This document shows positions 44,878-56,308 of a stretch of 64,000 nt of DNA, one piece after another. Position 1 is the stretch's first letter; every line of letters begins with the position of its first letter. The DNA lies in assembly GCA_964035575.1 (NCBI GenBank), contig OZ037836.1:62001-126000 (forward strand). Direction: 5' to 3'. The DNA comes from Rhynchopus sp. YZ270_cl-10 (taxonomy: Eukaryota). The translations under genes were made by a program, and so were the position numbers. The notes beneath the pieces were generated by a model. The model did no database searches and was not told where the DNA came from. It worked only from the letters and a program-made list of their open reading frames with translations.

Positions 44878-45781
44878 TATAATAAAAAAAGGGGGGGCTC
44901 CTTCTCCCTTAAGTCCTTTAGAGTCTACCCGCCAGATGAGTATGCCTTTGAAAGGGGAGGAGGGTGTGCACGATGCACTTGCTTGTCACAGACAATAAGT
45001 GATTTCCACAGTGAAGTGCCACTTGTTGTGTGTGAATTTGCAGTTTTTGTCCACTAAACTGTCTTTCTTACGATTTCTGCGATGTTTGCGCGTCTGATAG
45101 TATTCTTGAGAGAAACGTTAATTTCGCAAGGTGACACGAAAACACAAGTGAGGGTCTGTGTCGGGGAGGGGGATTTGGGATGTTTCCCGCTGCTGTTTTA
45201 GTACAGCAGCGAACACTCACGTGTACCCTCTTACCAATATCACTAAAAGAATTTAGAAAGCATGGCAAACCCAATATCGCAACAGTGAACTGTAAAGCTC
45301 TGACGCGACTAGAGTTTCTATGTCTTTCCCCTTTCGCTGTGGTCATACAAGGTGCGCTCCTTCGCAAGCATCGCTGCCCAGGAGACATACAATACTAACA
45401 CTAGCCTAAATGTACAAAAGTTATTACGCATCCACTTGCCGTTTGGAGAAAGAAAACAAAGACGAAAAAGGGGGTTTGGGGGGAAGAGTTTAATTCTTGA
45501 ACGCATCCCCACACTCAGGTACACCAAACGCTGCTCACAATGTTGAACGAAAGAATTTTGACAATTTTCCTGATGAAGATGTAGTGTGTGTGAGTGAGAT
45601 GGGGAGCACGGGAGTGGAAAAGACGACTCGTGGTTACTGAAAAATTTCCTTAGAAATGCATACATGTCTTATAAACTAAAAATTCGTAAGCTCAAAGATT
45701 CCACCTCGGGTCAACCAACGCTGAATAGGGAATGTAAATATCTGAAGCGACACCTGTCAGATTCTCTGACAAAGGAGTCTT

Positions 45782-48700
45782 TCAGAACCACAAAGATGAC
45801 GTCCTCCTTGCCGTTGCGCGTGACGGCACATCCTGGTCGCTGCTCCCTGCTGCCTTCTTCTTTGGCTTTGTCAGCTTCTTCATCGATACCTTCCTGTGGA
45901 GGGTGTCCTGGGGCGCAGTTACAGGGATCTCGTTCATATGCGGCACACAGAGCAGCCCGGCTGATTTCAGCAGGTTGGAGTTCGAGACGAGAATCGTGCT
46001 GCTCTCGTCAGCAGGTTCTGCCTTCTCCACTTGGACGGTTGGTGGGCATGTGTATCCAATCTTGATCTTCTCAAGCTTCCCTTTGTCGGAGCTTTTAGTT
46101 CTGACGTCCTTGCAGGCTTTCACACTGTTCAGCTCGTCTTGCACGTCACGCAGTCGCTTGATCAGTGTGTCGTTCTCTTTCTTGCACTCATCCATGCTCA
46201 TCTGTTTGTCCCTTAAGTTCCTCTCCATTGCGGCATAACCTTCGTAGTCCTCTAACGTCTCAGTGGCCTCTTCGCATATGGGACGTCTGCTCTCTGCACG
46301 ACGCAGTTCTACATCAAGGGAGCACTCTGCCTGTGACAGTGCCTCCTTCATGCGCTCATTCTCCTCTGTTTGTGCACGCATGGTGGCGAGTGTCTGCTTT
46401 TCACGGTCCTCGCGTTGAAGAAGGGTCAGCTTCAGTTGCTTCACACGTTCTTCGTACTCTTCTGCACGTTTCCTCTCTGCCTTCAGGGAACCCTCAGATT
46501 GCTCCAACATGCGTGCCATCTCCTCTGCGTGCTCCATCTGTAAGGTGCGCAGTGCCTGCTCCTCTACTCCCTCACACTGTTTCATTGCGAGCGCTAGTTC
46601 CCTGGCACGTTCCTCGTACTCAGTTGCACGGAGCTGCTCTGCTTTCAGTGCCTCCTCAGCTTCTTCGCTTCTACGCGCCTTCTCCTCTGCATGTTCGCTT
46701 CGCAGAGTGTTCAGTTTCTGTGCAGCATCATACTCACGTTGCTGCATGGTGAGCGTGAGTTGCTTCACACGCTCTTCGTACTCCTCTGCACGGCGCTTCT
46801 CTGCCTGCAAGGAGCTTTCGCCTTGTGAGATCACCCCCTTCATGCGTGAGTTCTGCTCTGCGTGTTCGCTACGCATGGTGCGCAGTGTCTGCTCTGCACT
46901 TTCCTCACATTGCTGCAGCTTGAGTGTGAGATCCTTGACACGGTCCTCGTGCTCTTCTGCACGCAGCTGCTCTGCCTGAAGGGAGGCCTCAACTTGTGAC
47001 ACCACACCCTTCACACGTGCGAGCTCCTCAGTGTGTTCAGTGCGAATGGTCTTGAGAGTCTCTTCCTCTTCAAGTCTGCGCTGTTGAAGCGAAAGCGTGA
47101 GTTGCTTCACACGTTCCTCGTGCTCTTCTGCACGGCTCATCTCTGTGCCTTCTGCTTGTGAGAGCATGCTCATCAGGCGTGAGATTTCCTCTGCGTGTTC
47201 AGTGCTCACAGTGGTGAGTCTTTGCTCAAAGTGGTTCTCGCGTTCCTGTAGGGTGAGCGTGAGCTTCTTCACACGTTCTTCGTACTCCCCTGCGCGGAGA
47301 TTCGCTGTCTGTGTGAAGCTCTCTTTTACGCGTGAGATCTCATCCCGATGCTCAGTGCACATTGTGTTGAACTTCTGCTTTGCATCCTCACTTTGTGCAT
47401 GCAAGGTGTGCGTGAGTTCCTTAACACGTTCCTCGTACTCCGCTGCACGGAGCTGCTCTGATTTCAGTGCACCCTCAGCTTGTCCCTTCATGCGAGAGAT
47501 CTCTTCTGCGTGTTCAGCCCGAATCGTTCTCAGTGTCTGCTCCTCGCGGTCTTCACGTTGTTCCATTGCGAGGGTGAGCTGTTTGACATGGTCTTCGTAC
47601 TCCCCTGCACGACGCTTTTCTTCCTTCAAGGAGTCTTCACCTTTTGTGACCATTCCCTTCATGTGTGAAATCTCCTCTGCATTTTCGGTGCGCATGGTGT
47701 TGAGTGCCTCCTCCGAGAGTCCCTCACGTTGCTGCATGGCGAGGGTGAGTTGCTCCACACGTTCCTCGTACTCCCCTGCACGACAACGCTCGTTGTCAAC
47801 TAGTCCTTTCATGCGTGTGAGTTCTTCTGAACATTCGGTGCGCATGGTGTTGATCTTCTGCTCTGCGTGGTTCTCGCGTTGACGCATGGTCACTGTCAAT
47901 TGCTGCACACGGTCTTCATACTCCTCTGCACGGAGCTGCTCTGCTTTCAGTGCACCCTCAGCTTGTCTCTTCATGCGTGAGATCTCTTCTGCGTGGTCGT
48001 TACGCATGTTACTCAGTGTCGCTTCCTTGTGGTCCTCACGTTGCTGCATGGTGAGCATCAGTTGCTGCACGCGGTCTTCGTACTCCTCTGCACGCAGTTG
48101 CTGTGCATGAAGTAAGGCTTCGACATCTGAGTTGCTACCCTTCATGCGTGAAATCTCTTCTGCATGTTCCGTACGTGTGGTGCGTAGTGTCTGCACCTGT
48201 TCTTCCTCTCGCTGACGCATGGTGAGCGTGAGTTGCTTCACACGCTCTTCGTACTCCTCTGCACGGCGCTTCTCTGCCTTCAAGGAGCTTTCGCCTTGTG
48301 AGATCACCCCCTTCATGCGTGAGTTCTGCTCTGCGTGTTCGCTACGCACGGTGCGTAGTGTCTGCTCTGCACTTTCCTCACATTGCTGCAGCTTGAGTGT
48401 GAGATCCTTGACACGGTCCTCGTGCTCTTCTGCACGCAGCTGCTCTGCCTGAAGGGAGGCCTCAACTTGTGACACCACACCCTTCACACGTGCGAGCTCC
48501 TCAGTGTGTTCAGTGCGAATGGTCTTGAGAGTTTCTTCCTCTTCAAGTCTGCGCTGTTGAAGCGAAAGCGTGAGTTGCTTCACACGTTCCTCGTGCTCTT
48601 CTGCACGGCTCAGCTCTGTGCCCTCTGCTTGTGAGAGCATGCTCATCAGGCGTGAGATTTCCTCTGCGTGTTCAGTGCTCGCAGTGGTGAGTCTTTGCTC

Positions 48701-51700
48701 AAAGTGGTTCTCGCGTTCCTGCAGGGTGTGAGTAAGTATCTTCACACGTTCTTCGTACTCCCCTGCACGTAGGGTTTCTGCTTGAAGGGAACCCTCCGCT
48801 TGTGCGACGTGACGCTTCAGATGTGAGATCTCCTCTGAATGCTCGATGCGCATGGTCTTCAGTGTCTTCAGTGTCTGCTCCATGCTTTCCTCACGCTTCT
48901 GAATGGTGAGGGTGAGTTCCTTAACACGTTCCTCGTACTCCGCTGCACGGAGCTGCTCTGCTTTCAGTGCACCCTCAGCTTGTCCCTTCATGCGAGAGAT
49001 CTCTTCTGCGTGTTCAGCCCGAATCGTTCTCAGTGTCTGCTCCTCGCGGTCTTCACGTTGTTCCATTGCGAGGGTGAGCTGCTTCACACGCTCTTCGTAC
49101 TCCTCTGCACGACGCTTTTCTTCCTTCAAGGAGATTTCGCCTTGTGAGATCACCCCCTTCATACGTGAGATCTCCTCTTCGTGTTCGGTGCGCATGGTGT
49201 TGAGTTGCTCTCCCATCCGCTGCAGTTCCTCAACACGTTCCTCGTACTCCCCCATACGGCGCTGCTCTGATGCATCAGCTTCTCCTTTCATGCGTGCAAC
49301 TTCTTCAGCATGTTCAGTGCGCATGGTGGTGAGCTTCTGCTCTGCATGTTTCTCTCGTTGGCGCATGGTGAGCGTGAGTTCCTTCACACCTTCCTCGTAC
49401 TCCTCTGCACGGAGTTGCTCTGCTTTCAGTGCACCCTCAGCTTGTCTTCTTATGCGTGAGATCTCTTCTGCGTGGTCACTACGCATGGTACTCAGTGTCG
49501 CTACCTTGCGGTCCTCACGTTGCTGCATGGTGAGCATCAGTTGCTGCATGTGGTCTTCGTACTCCTCTGCACGCAGTTGCTGTGCATGAAGTAAGGCTTC
49601 GACATCTGAGTTGCTACCCTTCATGCGTGAAATCTCTTCTGCATGTTCCGTACGTGTGGTGCGTAGTGTCTGCACCTGTTCTTCCTCTCGCTGACGCATG
49701 GTGAGCGTGAGTTGCTTCACACGCTCTTCGTACTCCTCTGCACGGCGCTTCTCTGCCTGCAAGGAGCTTTCATCTTGTGAGATCACCCCCTTCATACTTG
49801 AGATTTCCTGTGCATGTTCGCTGCGCACCTTGCGTAGTGTCTGCTCTGCACTTTCCTCACATTGCTGCAGCTTGAGTGTGAGATCCTTGACACGGTCCTC
49901 GTGCTCTTCTGCACGCAGCTGCTCTGCCTGAAGGGAGGCCTCAACTTGTGACACCAAACCCTTCACACGTGCGAGCTCCTCAGTATGTTCAGTGCGAATG
50001 GTCTTGAGAGTCTCTTCCTCTTCAAGTCTGCGCTGTTGAAGCGAAAGCGTGAGTTGCTTCACACGTTCCTCGTGCTCTTCTGCACGGCTCAGCTCTGTGC
50101 CCTCTGCTTGCGAGAGCATGCTCATCAGGCGTGAGATTTCCTCTGCGTGTTCAGTGCTCGCAGTGGTGAGTCTCTGCTCAAAGTGGTTCTCGCGTTCCTG
50201 CAGGGTGAGCGTGAGCTTCTTCACACGTTCTTCGTACTCCCCTGCACGTAGGGTTTCTGCTTGAAGGGAACCCTCCGCTTGTGCGACGTGACGCTTCAGA
50301 TGTGAGATCTCCTCTGAATGCTCGATGCGCATGCTCTTCAGTGTCTGCTCCACGCTTTCCTCACGTTTCTGAATGGTGAGGGTGAGTTCCTTAACACGTT
50401 CCTCGTACTCCGCTGCACGGAGCTGCTCTGATTTCAGTGCACCCTCAGCTTGTCCCTTCATGCGTGAGATCTCTTCTGCGTGTTCAGCCCGAATAGTTCT
50501 CAGTGTCTGCTCCTCGCGGTCGTCACGTTGTTCCATTGCGAGGGTGAGCTGTTGGACGCGGTCTTCGTACTCCCCTGCACGACGCTTCTCTGCTTTCGAG
50601 CAGTTCTCGCCTTGTGAAATGACCCCCTTCATACTTGAGATGTCCTGTGCATGTTCGGTGCGCATGGTGTTGAGTTGCTCTCCCATCCGTTGCAGTTCCT
50701 CAACACGTTCCTCGTACTCCCCCATACGGCGCTGCTCTGAGGCATCAGCTTCTCCTTTCATGCGTGCAACTTCTTCAGCATGTTCAGTGCGCATGGTGTT
50801 GAGCTTCTGCTCTGCATGTTTCTCTCGTTGGCGCATGGTGAGCGTGAGTTCCTTCACACCTTCCTCGTACTCCTCTGCACGGAGTTGCTCTGCTTTCAGT
50901 GCACCCTCAGCTTGTCTTTTTATGCGTGAGATCTCTTCTGCGTGGTCGTTACGCATGGTACTCAGTGTCGCTTCCTTGCGGTCCTCACGTTGCTGCATGG
51001 TGAGCATCAGTTGCTGCACGCGGTCTTCGTACTCCTCTGCACGCAGTTGCTGTGCATGAAGTAAGGCTTCGACATCTGAGTTGCTACCCTTCATGCGTGA
51101 AATCTCTTCTGCATGTTCCGTACGTGTGGTGCGTAGTGTCTGCACCTGTTCTTCCTCTCGCTGACGCATGGTGAGCGTGAGTTGCTTCACACGCTCTTCG
51201 TACTCCTCTGCACGGCGCTTCTCTGCCTTCAAGGAGCTTTCGCCTTGTGAGATCACCCCCTTCATGCGTGAGTTCTGCTCTGCGTGTTCGCTACGCATGG
51301 TGCGCAGTGTCTGCTCTGCACTTTCCTCACATTGCTGCAGCTTGAGTGTGAGATCCTTGACACGGTCCTCGTGCTCTTCTGCACGCAGCTGCTCTGCCTG
51401 AAGGGAGGCCTCAACTTGTGACACCACACCCTTCACACGTGCGAGCTCCTCAGTATGTTCAGTGCGAATGGTCTTGAGAGTCTCTTCCTCTTCAAGTCTG
51501 CGCTGTTGAAGCGAAAGCGTGAGTTGCTGCACACGTTCCTCGTGCTCTTCTGCACGGCTCAGCTCTGTGCCCTCTGCTTGTGAGAGCATGCTCATCAGGC
51601 GTGAGATTTCCTCTGCGTGTTCAGTGCTCACAGTGGTGAGTCTCTGCTCAAAGTGGTTCTCGCGTTCCTGCAGGGTGAGCGTGAGCTTCTTCACACGTTC

Positions 51701-54700
51701 TTCGTACTCCCCTGCACGTAGGGTTTCTGCTTGAAGGGAACCCTCCGCTTGTGCGACGTGACGCTTCAGATGTGAGATCTCCTCTGAATGCTCGATGCGC
51801 ATGGTCTTCAGTGTCTTCTCCACGCTTTCCTCATGATTCTGAATGGTTAGGGTGAGTTCCTTAACACGTTCCTCGTACTCCGCTGCACGGAGCTGCTCTG
51901 ATTTCAGTGCACCCTCAGCTTGTCCCTTCATGCGTGAGATCTCTTCTGCGTGTTCAGCCCGAATAGTTCTCAGTGTCTGCTCCTCGCGGTCATCACGTTG
52001 TTCCATTGCGAGGGTGAGCTGTTGGACGCGGTCTTCGTACTCCCCTGCACGACGCTTCTCTGCCTTCAAGGAGTCTACACCCTTTGTGACCATTCCCTTC
52101 ATGTGTGAGATCTCCTCTTCGTGTTCGGTGCGCATGGTGTTGAGTTGCTCTCCCATCCGCTGCAGTTCCTCAACACGTTCCTCGTACTCCCTCATACGGC
52201 GTTGCTCTGATGCATCAGCTTCTCCTTTCATGCGTGCAACTTCTTCAGCATGTTCAGTGCGCATGGTGTTCAGTCTCTCTTCCTCGCGATCATCACGTTG
52301 TTGTATGGCGACCATCAGTCGCTGCACACGGTCTTCATACTCCTCTGCACGGAGTTGCTGTGATTCAAGTTCACCCTCAGCTTGTCTCTTCATGCGTGAG
52401 ATCTCTTCTGCGTGGTCACTACGTATGGTACTCAGTGTCGCTTCCTTGTGGTCCTCACGTTGCTGCATGGTGAGCATCAGTTGCTGCACGCGGTCTTCGT
52501 ACTCCTCTGCACGCAGTTGCTGTGCATGAAGTAAGGCTTCGACATCTGAGTTGCTACCCTTCATGCGTGAAATCTCTTCTGCATGTTCCGTACGTGTGGT
52601 GCGTAGTGTCTGCACCTGTTCTTCCTCTCGCTGACGCATGGTGAGCGTGAGTTGCTTCACACGCTCTTCGTACTCCTCTGCACGGCGCTTCTCTGCCTTC
52701 AAGGAGCTTTCGCCTTGTGAGATCACCCCCTTCATGCGTGAGTTCTGCTCTGCGTGTTCGCTACGCACGGTGCGCAGTGTCTGCTCTGCACTTTCCTCAC
52801 ATTGCTGCAGCTTGAGTGTGAGATCCTTGACACGGTCCTCGTGCTCTTCTGCACGCAGCTGCTCTGCCTGAAGAGAGGCCTCAACTTGTGACACCACACC
52901 CTTCACACGTGCGAGCTCCTCAGTGTGTTCAGTGCGAATGGTCTTGAGAGTTTCTTCCTCTTCAAGTCTGCGCTGTTGAAGCGAAAGCGTGAGTTGCTTC
53001 ACACGTTCCTCGTGCTCATCTGCACGGCGCAGCTCTGTGCCATCTGCTTGTGAGAGCATGCTCATCAGGCGTGAGATTTCCTCTGCGTGTTCAGTGCGCA
53101 TGGTGGTCAACTTCTGCTCAGCCTCACTCGCACGTTCATGCATGGTGACCGTAATTCGCTTCACACGTTCCTCGTACTCCGCTGCACGGAGCTGCTCTGC
53201 TTTCAGTGCACCCTCAGCTTGTCCCTTCATGCGTGAAACTTCTTCTGCGTGTTCAGCCCGAATAGTTCTCAGTGTCTGATCCTCGCGGTCTTCACGTTGT
53301 TCCATTGCGAGGGTGAGCTGTTTGACACGGTCTTCATACTCCTCTGCACGACGCTTTTCTTCCTTCAAGGAGTCTTCACCTTTTGTGACCATTCCCTTCA
53401 TGTGCGAGATCTCCTCTTCATGTTCGGTGCGCATGGTGTTGAGTGCCTCCTCTGCGAGTCCCTCATGTTGCTGCATGGCGAGGGTGAGTTGCTTCACACG
53501 TTCCTCGTACTCCCCTGCACGACGCTTCTCTTCCTTCAAGCAGTCTTCACCTTTTGTGACCATTCCCTTCATGTGTGTGATCTCCTCTGCATGTTCGGTG
53601 CGAATGGAGCTGAATTGCTCTCCCATCCGTAGCAGTTCCCCAACATTTTCTTCGCACTTCTTTAGACGGCGTTGCTCTGAGGCATCAGCTTCTCCTTTCA
53701 TGCGTGCAACTTCTTCAGCATGTTCAGTGCGCATGGTGTTGAGCTTCTGTTCCGCATTATTCTCTCGCTGACGCATGGTGAGCGTGAGTTGCTTCACACG
53801 CTCTTCGTACTCCTCTGCACGGCGCTTCTCTGCCTTCAAGGAGCTTTCGCCTTGTGAGATCACCCCCTTCATGCGTGAGTTCTGCTCTGCGTGTTCGCTA
53901 CGCATGGTGCGCAGTGTCTGCTCTGCACTTTCCTCACATTGCTGCAGCTTGAGTGTGAGATCCTTGACACGGTCCTCGTGCTCTTCTGCACGCAGCTGCT
54001 CTGCCTGAAGGGAGGCCTCAACTTGTGACACCACACCCTTCACACGTGCGAGCTCCTCAGTATGTTCAGTGCGAATGGTCTTGAGAGTCTCTTCCTCTTC
54101 AAGTCTGCGCTGTTGAAGCGAAAGCGTGAGTTGCTTCACACGTTCCTCGTGCTCTTCTGCACGGCGCAGCTCTGTGCCCTCTGCTTGTGAGAGCATGCTC
54201 ATCAGGCGTGAGATTTCCTCTGCGTGTTCAGTGCGCATGGTGGTCAACTTCTGCTCAGCGTCATCCGCACGTTCATGCATGGCGAGCGTGAGTTGCTTCA
54301 CACATTCCTCGTACTCCTCTGCACGGAGCTGCACTTCCTGGAGGGAGCTCTGTATGAGTGAAATCTCGTCTGAATGTTCAGTGCGTGTCTTGCCAAGGAC
54401 CTGCTCGTGTTCATCATAGAGCTGCTGCAGGGAACGTGTGAGTTGTTTCACTCGTTCTTCATACTGGAATACCTGCTGCATCAAGGTTTCGTTTGTCGTG
54501 CAAAGGCGCAAACATTGGTCAGTTTGGAACTCTTCCCCGACCCTGTGCTTTTCAAGGCGCTGAGTGAGATCTGCAATGTTCGCCTCAAAGATACGTGCCC
54601 GTTCGGTCTCCTGCTCGATCGAGGCAACACGCTGGGCCTCCAGTAACGCTGCCTGTTCCTGTGCCGCGGACATCTGTGCCTTCATGTATTCAAGAGCGGA

Positions 54701-55378
54701 TATGTACTTCGCCCTCTCCATCTTCTCCATAAAGCTCTGACAGCTCTGCCGCCAGGGCTGTTCTATGGATCGGTATTCATCCAAACGTGCACTGCCGCCA
54801 TGGTTAGTATGGTGCGTGCTACTGTGGGAGGAGGCTGTAAGCGTGATGTTAAGCGAAGAGATGTCTTTGAACAGGAACTCTGCTACAAATGCAGACCACA
54901 CAGGGTCCTTCACAGTGCGGAAACACTCTGCCATCGCTGCTTCCAAGCTAGCTTTCCCAAGTGTGTTCAACATAGATTCGAGGTCCTTCCCAGAGAGGCC
55001 GCTTTCACGCACCCATGCAAATTTCTTGTTCAGCACATCCTCCTCCTGCATCACGCAGTCATTCAGCTTCCCCACTGAAATGGGTGTCAGCCCTGCCGGG
55101 GCTTCCTCCCCTCTCGTCTGAGCGTTCACGGTGGCATGTTTTGCGACGTGGACTGCAATCTTCAGAGTATTGAATGGTTCGTACTCAGACCTTCCTTCAG
55201 GTAGCTGGTGGGGTCTGTTCTGCAGCCCCCACAGGTTCTCAGCAACGCGAGAGGGTGCATGGTGGACCGGTGTGGACGGACTCATTTTCACCCGCTCCTC
55301 GGCTGCCCTCCCTTTAACACGGATGCCGTGATAGTCATTTGGTATGACATTGCTGCTTCTGCTTCTCATTTTATCCAT
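45782..55378 (-). CDS. 3198-aa giant coiled-coil protein with hierarchical repeats
   Basis: Uninterrupted ORF; ~33-37-aa units (RAEEYEERVKQLTL...MRTEHAEEISRMKG) organised in ~1470-bp super-repeats. Confidence 0.9.
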   Translation of the reverse strand: MDKMRSRSSNVIPNDYHGIRVKGRAAEERVKMSPSTPVHHAPSRVAENLWGLQNRPHQLPEGRSEYEPFNTLKIAVHVAKHATVNAQTRGEEAPAGLTPISVGKLNDCVMQEEDVLNKKFAWVRESGLSGKDLESMLNTLGKASLEAAMAECFRTVKDPVWSAFVAEFLFKDISSLNITLTASSHSSTHHTNHGGSARLDEYRSIEQPWRQSCQSFMEKMERAKYISALEYMKAQMSAAQEQAALLEAQRVASIEQETERARIFEANIADLTQRLEKHRVGEEFQTDQCLRLCTTNETLMQQVFQYEERVKQLTRSLQQLYDEHEQVLGKTRTEHSDEISLIQSSLQEVQLRAEEYEECVKQLTLAMHERADDAEQKLTTMRTEHAEEISRLMSMLSQAEGTELRRAEEHEERVKQLTLSLQQRRLEEEETLKTIRTEHTEELARVKGVVSQVEASLQAEQLRAEEHEDRVKDLTLKLQQCEESAEQTLRTMRSEHAEQNSRMKGVISQGESSLKAEKRRAEEYEERVKQLTLTMRQRENNAEQKLNTMRTEHAEEVARMKGEADASEQRRLKKCEENVGELLRMGEQFSSIRTEHAEEITHMKGMVTKGEDCLKEEKRRAGEYEERVKQLTLAMQQHEGLAEEALNTMRTEHEEEISHMKGMVTKGEDSLKEEKRRAEEYEDRVKQLTLAMEQREDREDQTLRTIRAEHAEEVSRMKGQAEGALKAEQLRAAEYEERVKRITVTMHERASEAEQKLTTMRTEHAEEISRLMSMLSQADGTELRRADEHEERVKQLTLSLQQRRLEEEETLKTIRTEHTEELARVKGVVSQVEASLQAEQLRAEEHEDRVKDLTLKLQQCEESAEQTLRTVRSEHAEQNSRMKGVISQGESSLKAEKRRAEEYEERVKQLTLTMRQREEEQVQTLRTTRTEHAEEISRMKGSNSDVEALLHAQQLRAEEYEDRVQQLMLTMQQREDHKEATLSTIRSDHAEEISRMKRQAEGELESQQLRAEEYEDRVQRLMVAIQQRDDREEERLNTMRTEHAEEVARMKGEADASEQRRMREYEERVEELQRMGEQLNTMRTEHEEEISHMKGMVTKGVDSLKAEKRRAGEYEDRVQQLTLAMEQRDDREEQTLRTIRAEHAEEISRMKGQAEGALKSEQLRAAEYEERVKELTLTIQNHEESVEKTLKTMRIEHSEEISHLKRHVAQAEGSLQAETLRAGEYEERVKKLTLTLQERENHFEQRLTTVSTEHAEEISRLMSMLSQAEGTELSRAEEHEERVQQLTLSLQQRRLEEEETLKTIRTEHTEELARVKGVVSQVEASLQAEQLRAEEHEDRVKDLTLKLQQCEESAEQTLRTMRSEHAEQNSRMKGVISQGESSLKAEKRRAEEYEERVKQLTLTMRQREEEQVQTLRTTRTEHAEEISRMKGSNSDVEALLHAQQLRAEEYEDRVQQLMLTMQQREDRKEATLSTMRNDHAEEISRIKRQAEGALKAEQLRAEEYEEGVKELTLTMRQREKHAEQKLNTMRTEHAEEVARMKGEADASEQRRMGEYEERVEELQRMGEQLNTMRTEHAQDISSMKGVISQGENCSKAEKRRAGEYEDRVQQLTLAMEQRDDREEQTLRTIRAEHAEEISRMKGQAEGALKSEQLRAAEYEERVKELTLTIQKREESVEQTLKSMRIEHSEEISHLKRHVAQAEGSLQAETLRAGEYEERVKKLTLTLQERENHFEQRLTTASTEHAEEISRLMSMLSQAEGTELSRAEEHEERVKQLTLSLQQRRLEEEETLKTIRTEHTEELARVKGLVSQVEASLQAEQLRAEEHEDRVKDLTLKLQQCEESAEQTLRKVRSEHAQEISSMKGVISQDESSLQAEKRRAEEYEERVKQLTLTMRQREEEQVQTLRTTRTEHAEEISRMKGSNSDVEALLHAQQLRAEEYEDHMQQLMLTMQQREDRKVATLSTMRSDHAEEISRIRRQAEGALKAEQLRAEEYEEGVKELTLTMRQREKHAEQKLTTMRTEHAEEVARMKGEADASEQRRMGEYEERVEELQRMGEQLNTMRTEHEEEISRMKGVISQGEISLKEEKRRAEEYEERVKQLTLAMEQREDREEQTLRTIRAEHAEEISRMKGQAEGALKAEQLRAAEYEERVKELTLTIQKREESMEQTLKTLKTMRIEHSEEISHLKRHVAQAEGSLQAETLRAGEYEERVKILTHTLQERENHFEQRLTTASTEHAEEISRLMSMLSQAEGTELSRAEEHEERVKQLTLSLQQRRLEEEETLKTIRTEHTEELARVKGVVSQVEASLQAEQLRAEEHEDRVKDLTLKLQQCEESAEQTLRTVRSEHAEQNSRMKGVISQGESSLKAEKRRAEEYEERVKQLTLTMRQREEEQVQTLRTTRTEHAEEISRMKGSNSDVEALLHAQQLRAEEYEDRVQQLMLTMQQREDHKEATLSNMRNDHAEEISRMKRQAEGALKAEQLRAEEYEDRVQQLTVTMRQRENHAEQKINTMRTECSEELTRMKGLVDNERCRAGEYEERVEQLTLAMQQREGLSEEALNTMRTENAEEISHMKGMVTKGEDSLKEEKRRAGEYEDHVKQLTLAMEQREDREEQTLRTIRAEHAEEISRMKGQAEGALKSEQLRAAEYEERVKELTHTLHAQSEDAKQKFNTMCTEHRDEISRVKESFTQTANLRAGEYEERVKKLTLTLQERENHFEQRLTTVSTEHAEEISRLMSMLSQAEGTEMSRAEEHEERVKQLTLSLQQRRLEEEETLKTIRTEHTEELARVKGVVSQVEASLQAEQLRAEEHEDRVKDLTLKLQQCEESAEQTLRTMRSEHAEQNSRMKGVISQGESSLQAEKRRAEEYEERVKQLTLTMQQREYDAAQKLNTLRSEHAEEKARRSEEAEEALKAEQLRATEYEERARELALAMKQCEGVEEQALRTLQMEHAEEMARMLEQSEGSLKAERKRAEEYEERVKQLKLTLLQREDREKQTLATMRAQTEENERMKEALSQAECSLDVELRRAESRRPICEEATETLEDYEGYAAMERNLRDKQMSMDECKKENDTLIKRLRDVQDELNSVKACKDVRTKSSDKGKLEKIKIGYTCPPTVQVEKAEPADESSTILVSNSNLLKSAGLLCVPHMNEIPVTAPQDTLHRKVSMKKLTKPKKKAAGSSDQDVPSRATARRTSSLWF

Positions 55379-56308
55379 TTATAAGACGGGTGACCCCTGT
55401 GATAATGAGGGTGGTCGTGGTAGTGCCAGTGTAAAGGGATGATTTTCAAACTCATAACGATTCATAAGGCAAGCTCAGTGAGAACAGAACATAATGTAGA
55501 TGGGTAAAAGAGTGCCAGATACCCCATGACCACACTTCTGCTCAAGTTACGAAGCAGGATATAACCTTCGTAGTCCTCATGCAATACAAGGACAAATGGG
55601 TGGTTGGGGTGTATCAGACATAGTGTGTGCGTAGAGCGAGAAATGTGTTTCATAATGCAAAGTAAAAAGAGGGGAGAGGGATCACTCAGAGGGATGACTT
55701 CTTTTTGTTTGTGTTTTTGTGTTGTTTTTGTTGAAAACCTGACTGCAGTAGTGACATCTGAGGATAACGTCTAGTGTGCAAATGCTTTTCAGTTGTTTCT
55801 TTGATTTGTATTTTTGTTGATAAATTATTGGATTAGTGTAGTTGCCTCGGTTGTGTTGCCACAGTTGTGCAATCTCCACGTTCCCTTCTGTTCTCCTTTG
55901 GCCTTTTTGTTCATTGTAAAAGGTTCCCCAAATAAGCTCACCCCCACATAATAGTGGTTCTCCCAAGTAACCCTTTTTGTATCCCTAGCCTCCTGTCCCC
56001 CATCCCTCCGTTCTTTGAACAAGATGTGTGTGGGTGGATCCCATCCCTCTTCTCTTCTTCCCATTCTCCCTTCAAGGGAAGATCATGTGAACACAGGTCC
56101 GCTTCTGATCTAGGCAGACGTTATCCCAATCCTCCTGTCCCTCAACCCCTTTCCCTGCTTTATGCCTCCTATGTTTTTGTCTCATGTTTTGTTATTTTAG
56201 CTTGTGCAGACGAGTAGAGTAAGTACCTACCTGCTTTTTGCTTTTGCCTTCCCCACCTCCCGTAGTACCGTTCTTCCCTTTATCCTCTCCCACCAGCACA
56301 CCACGTCG

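Noticed and set aside
45903..55331. Ser/Cys-rich plus-strand ORFs
   Set aside because: Antisense shadows of the coiled-coil gene; the same applies to + ORFs over the RING, MTase and LRR genes.
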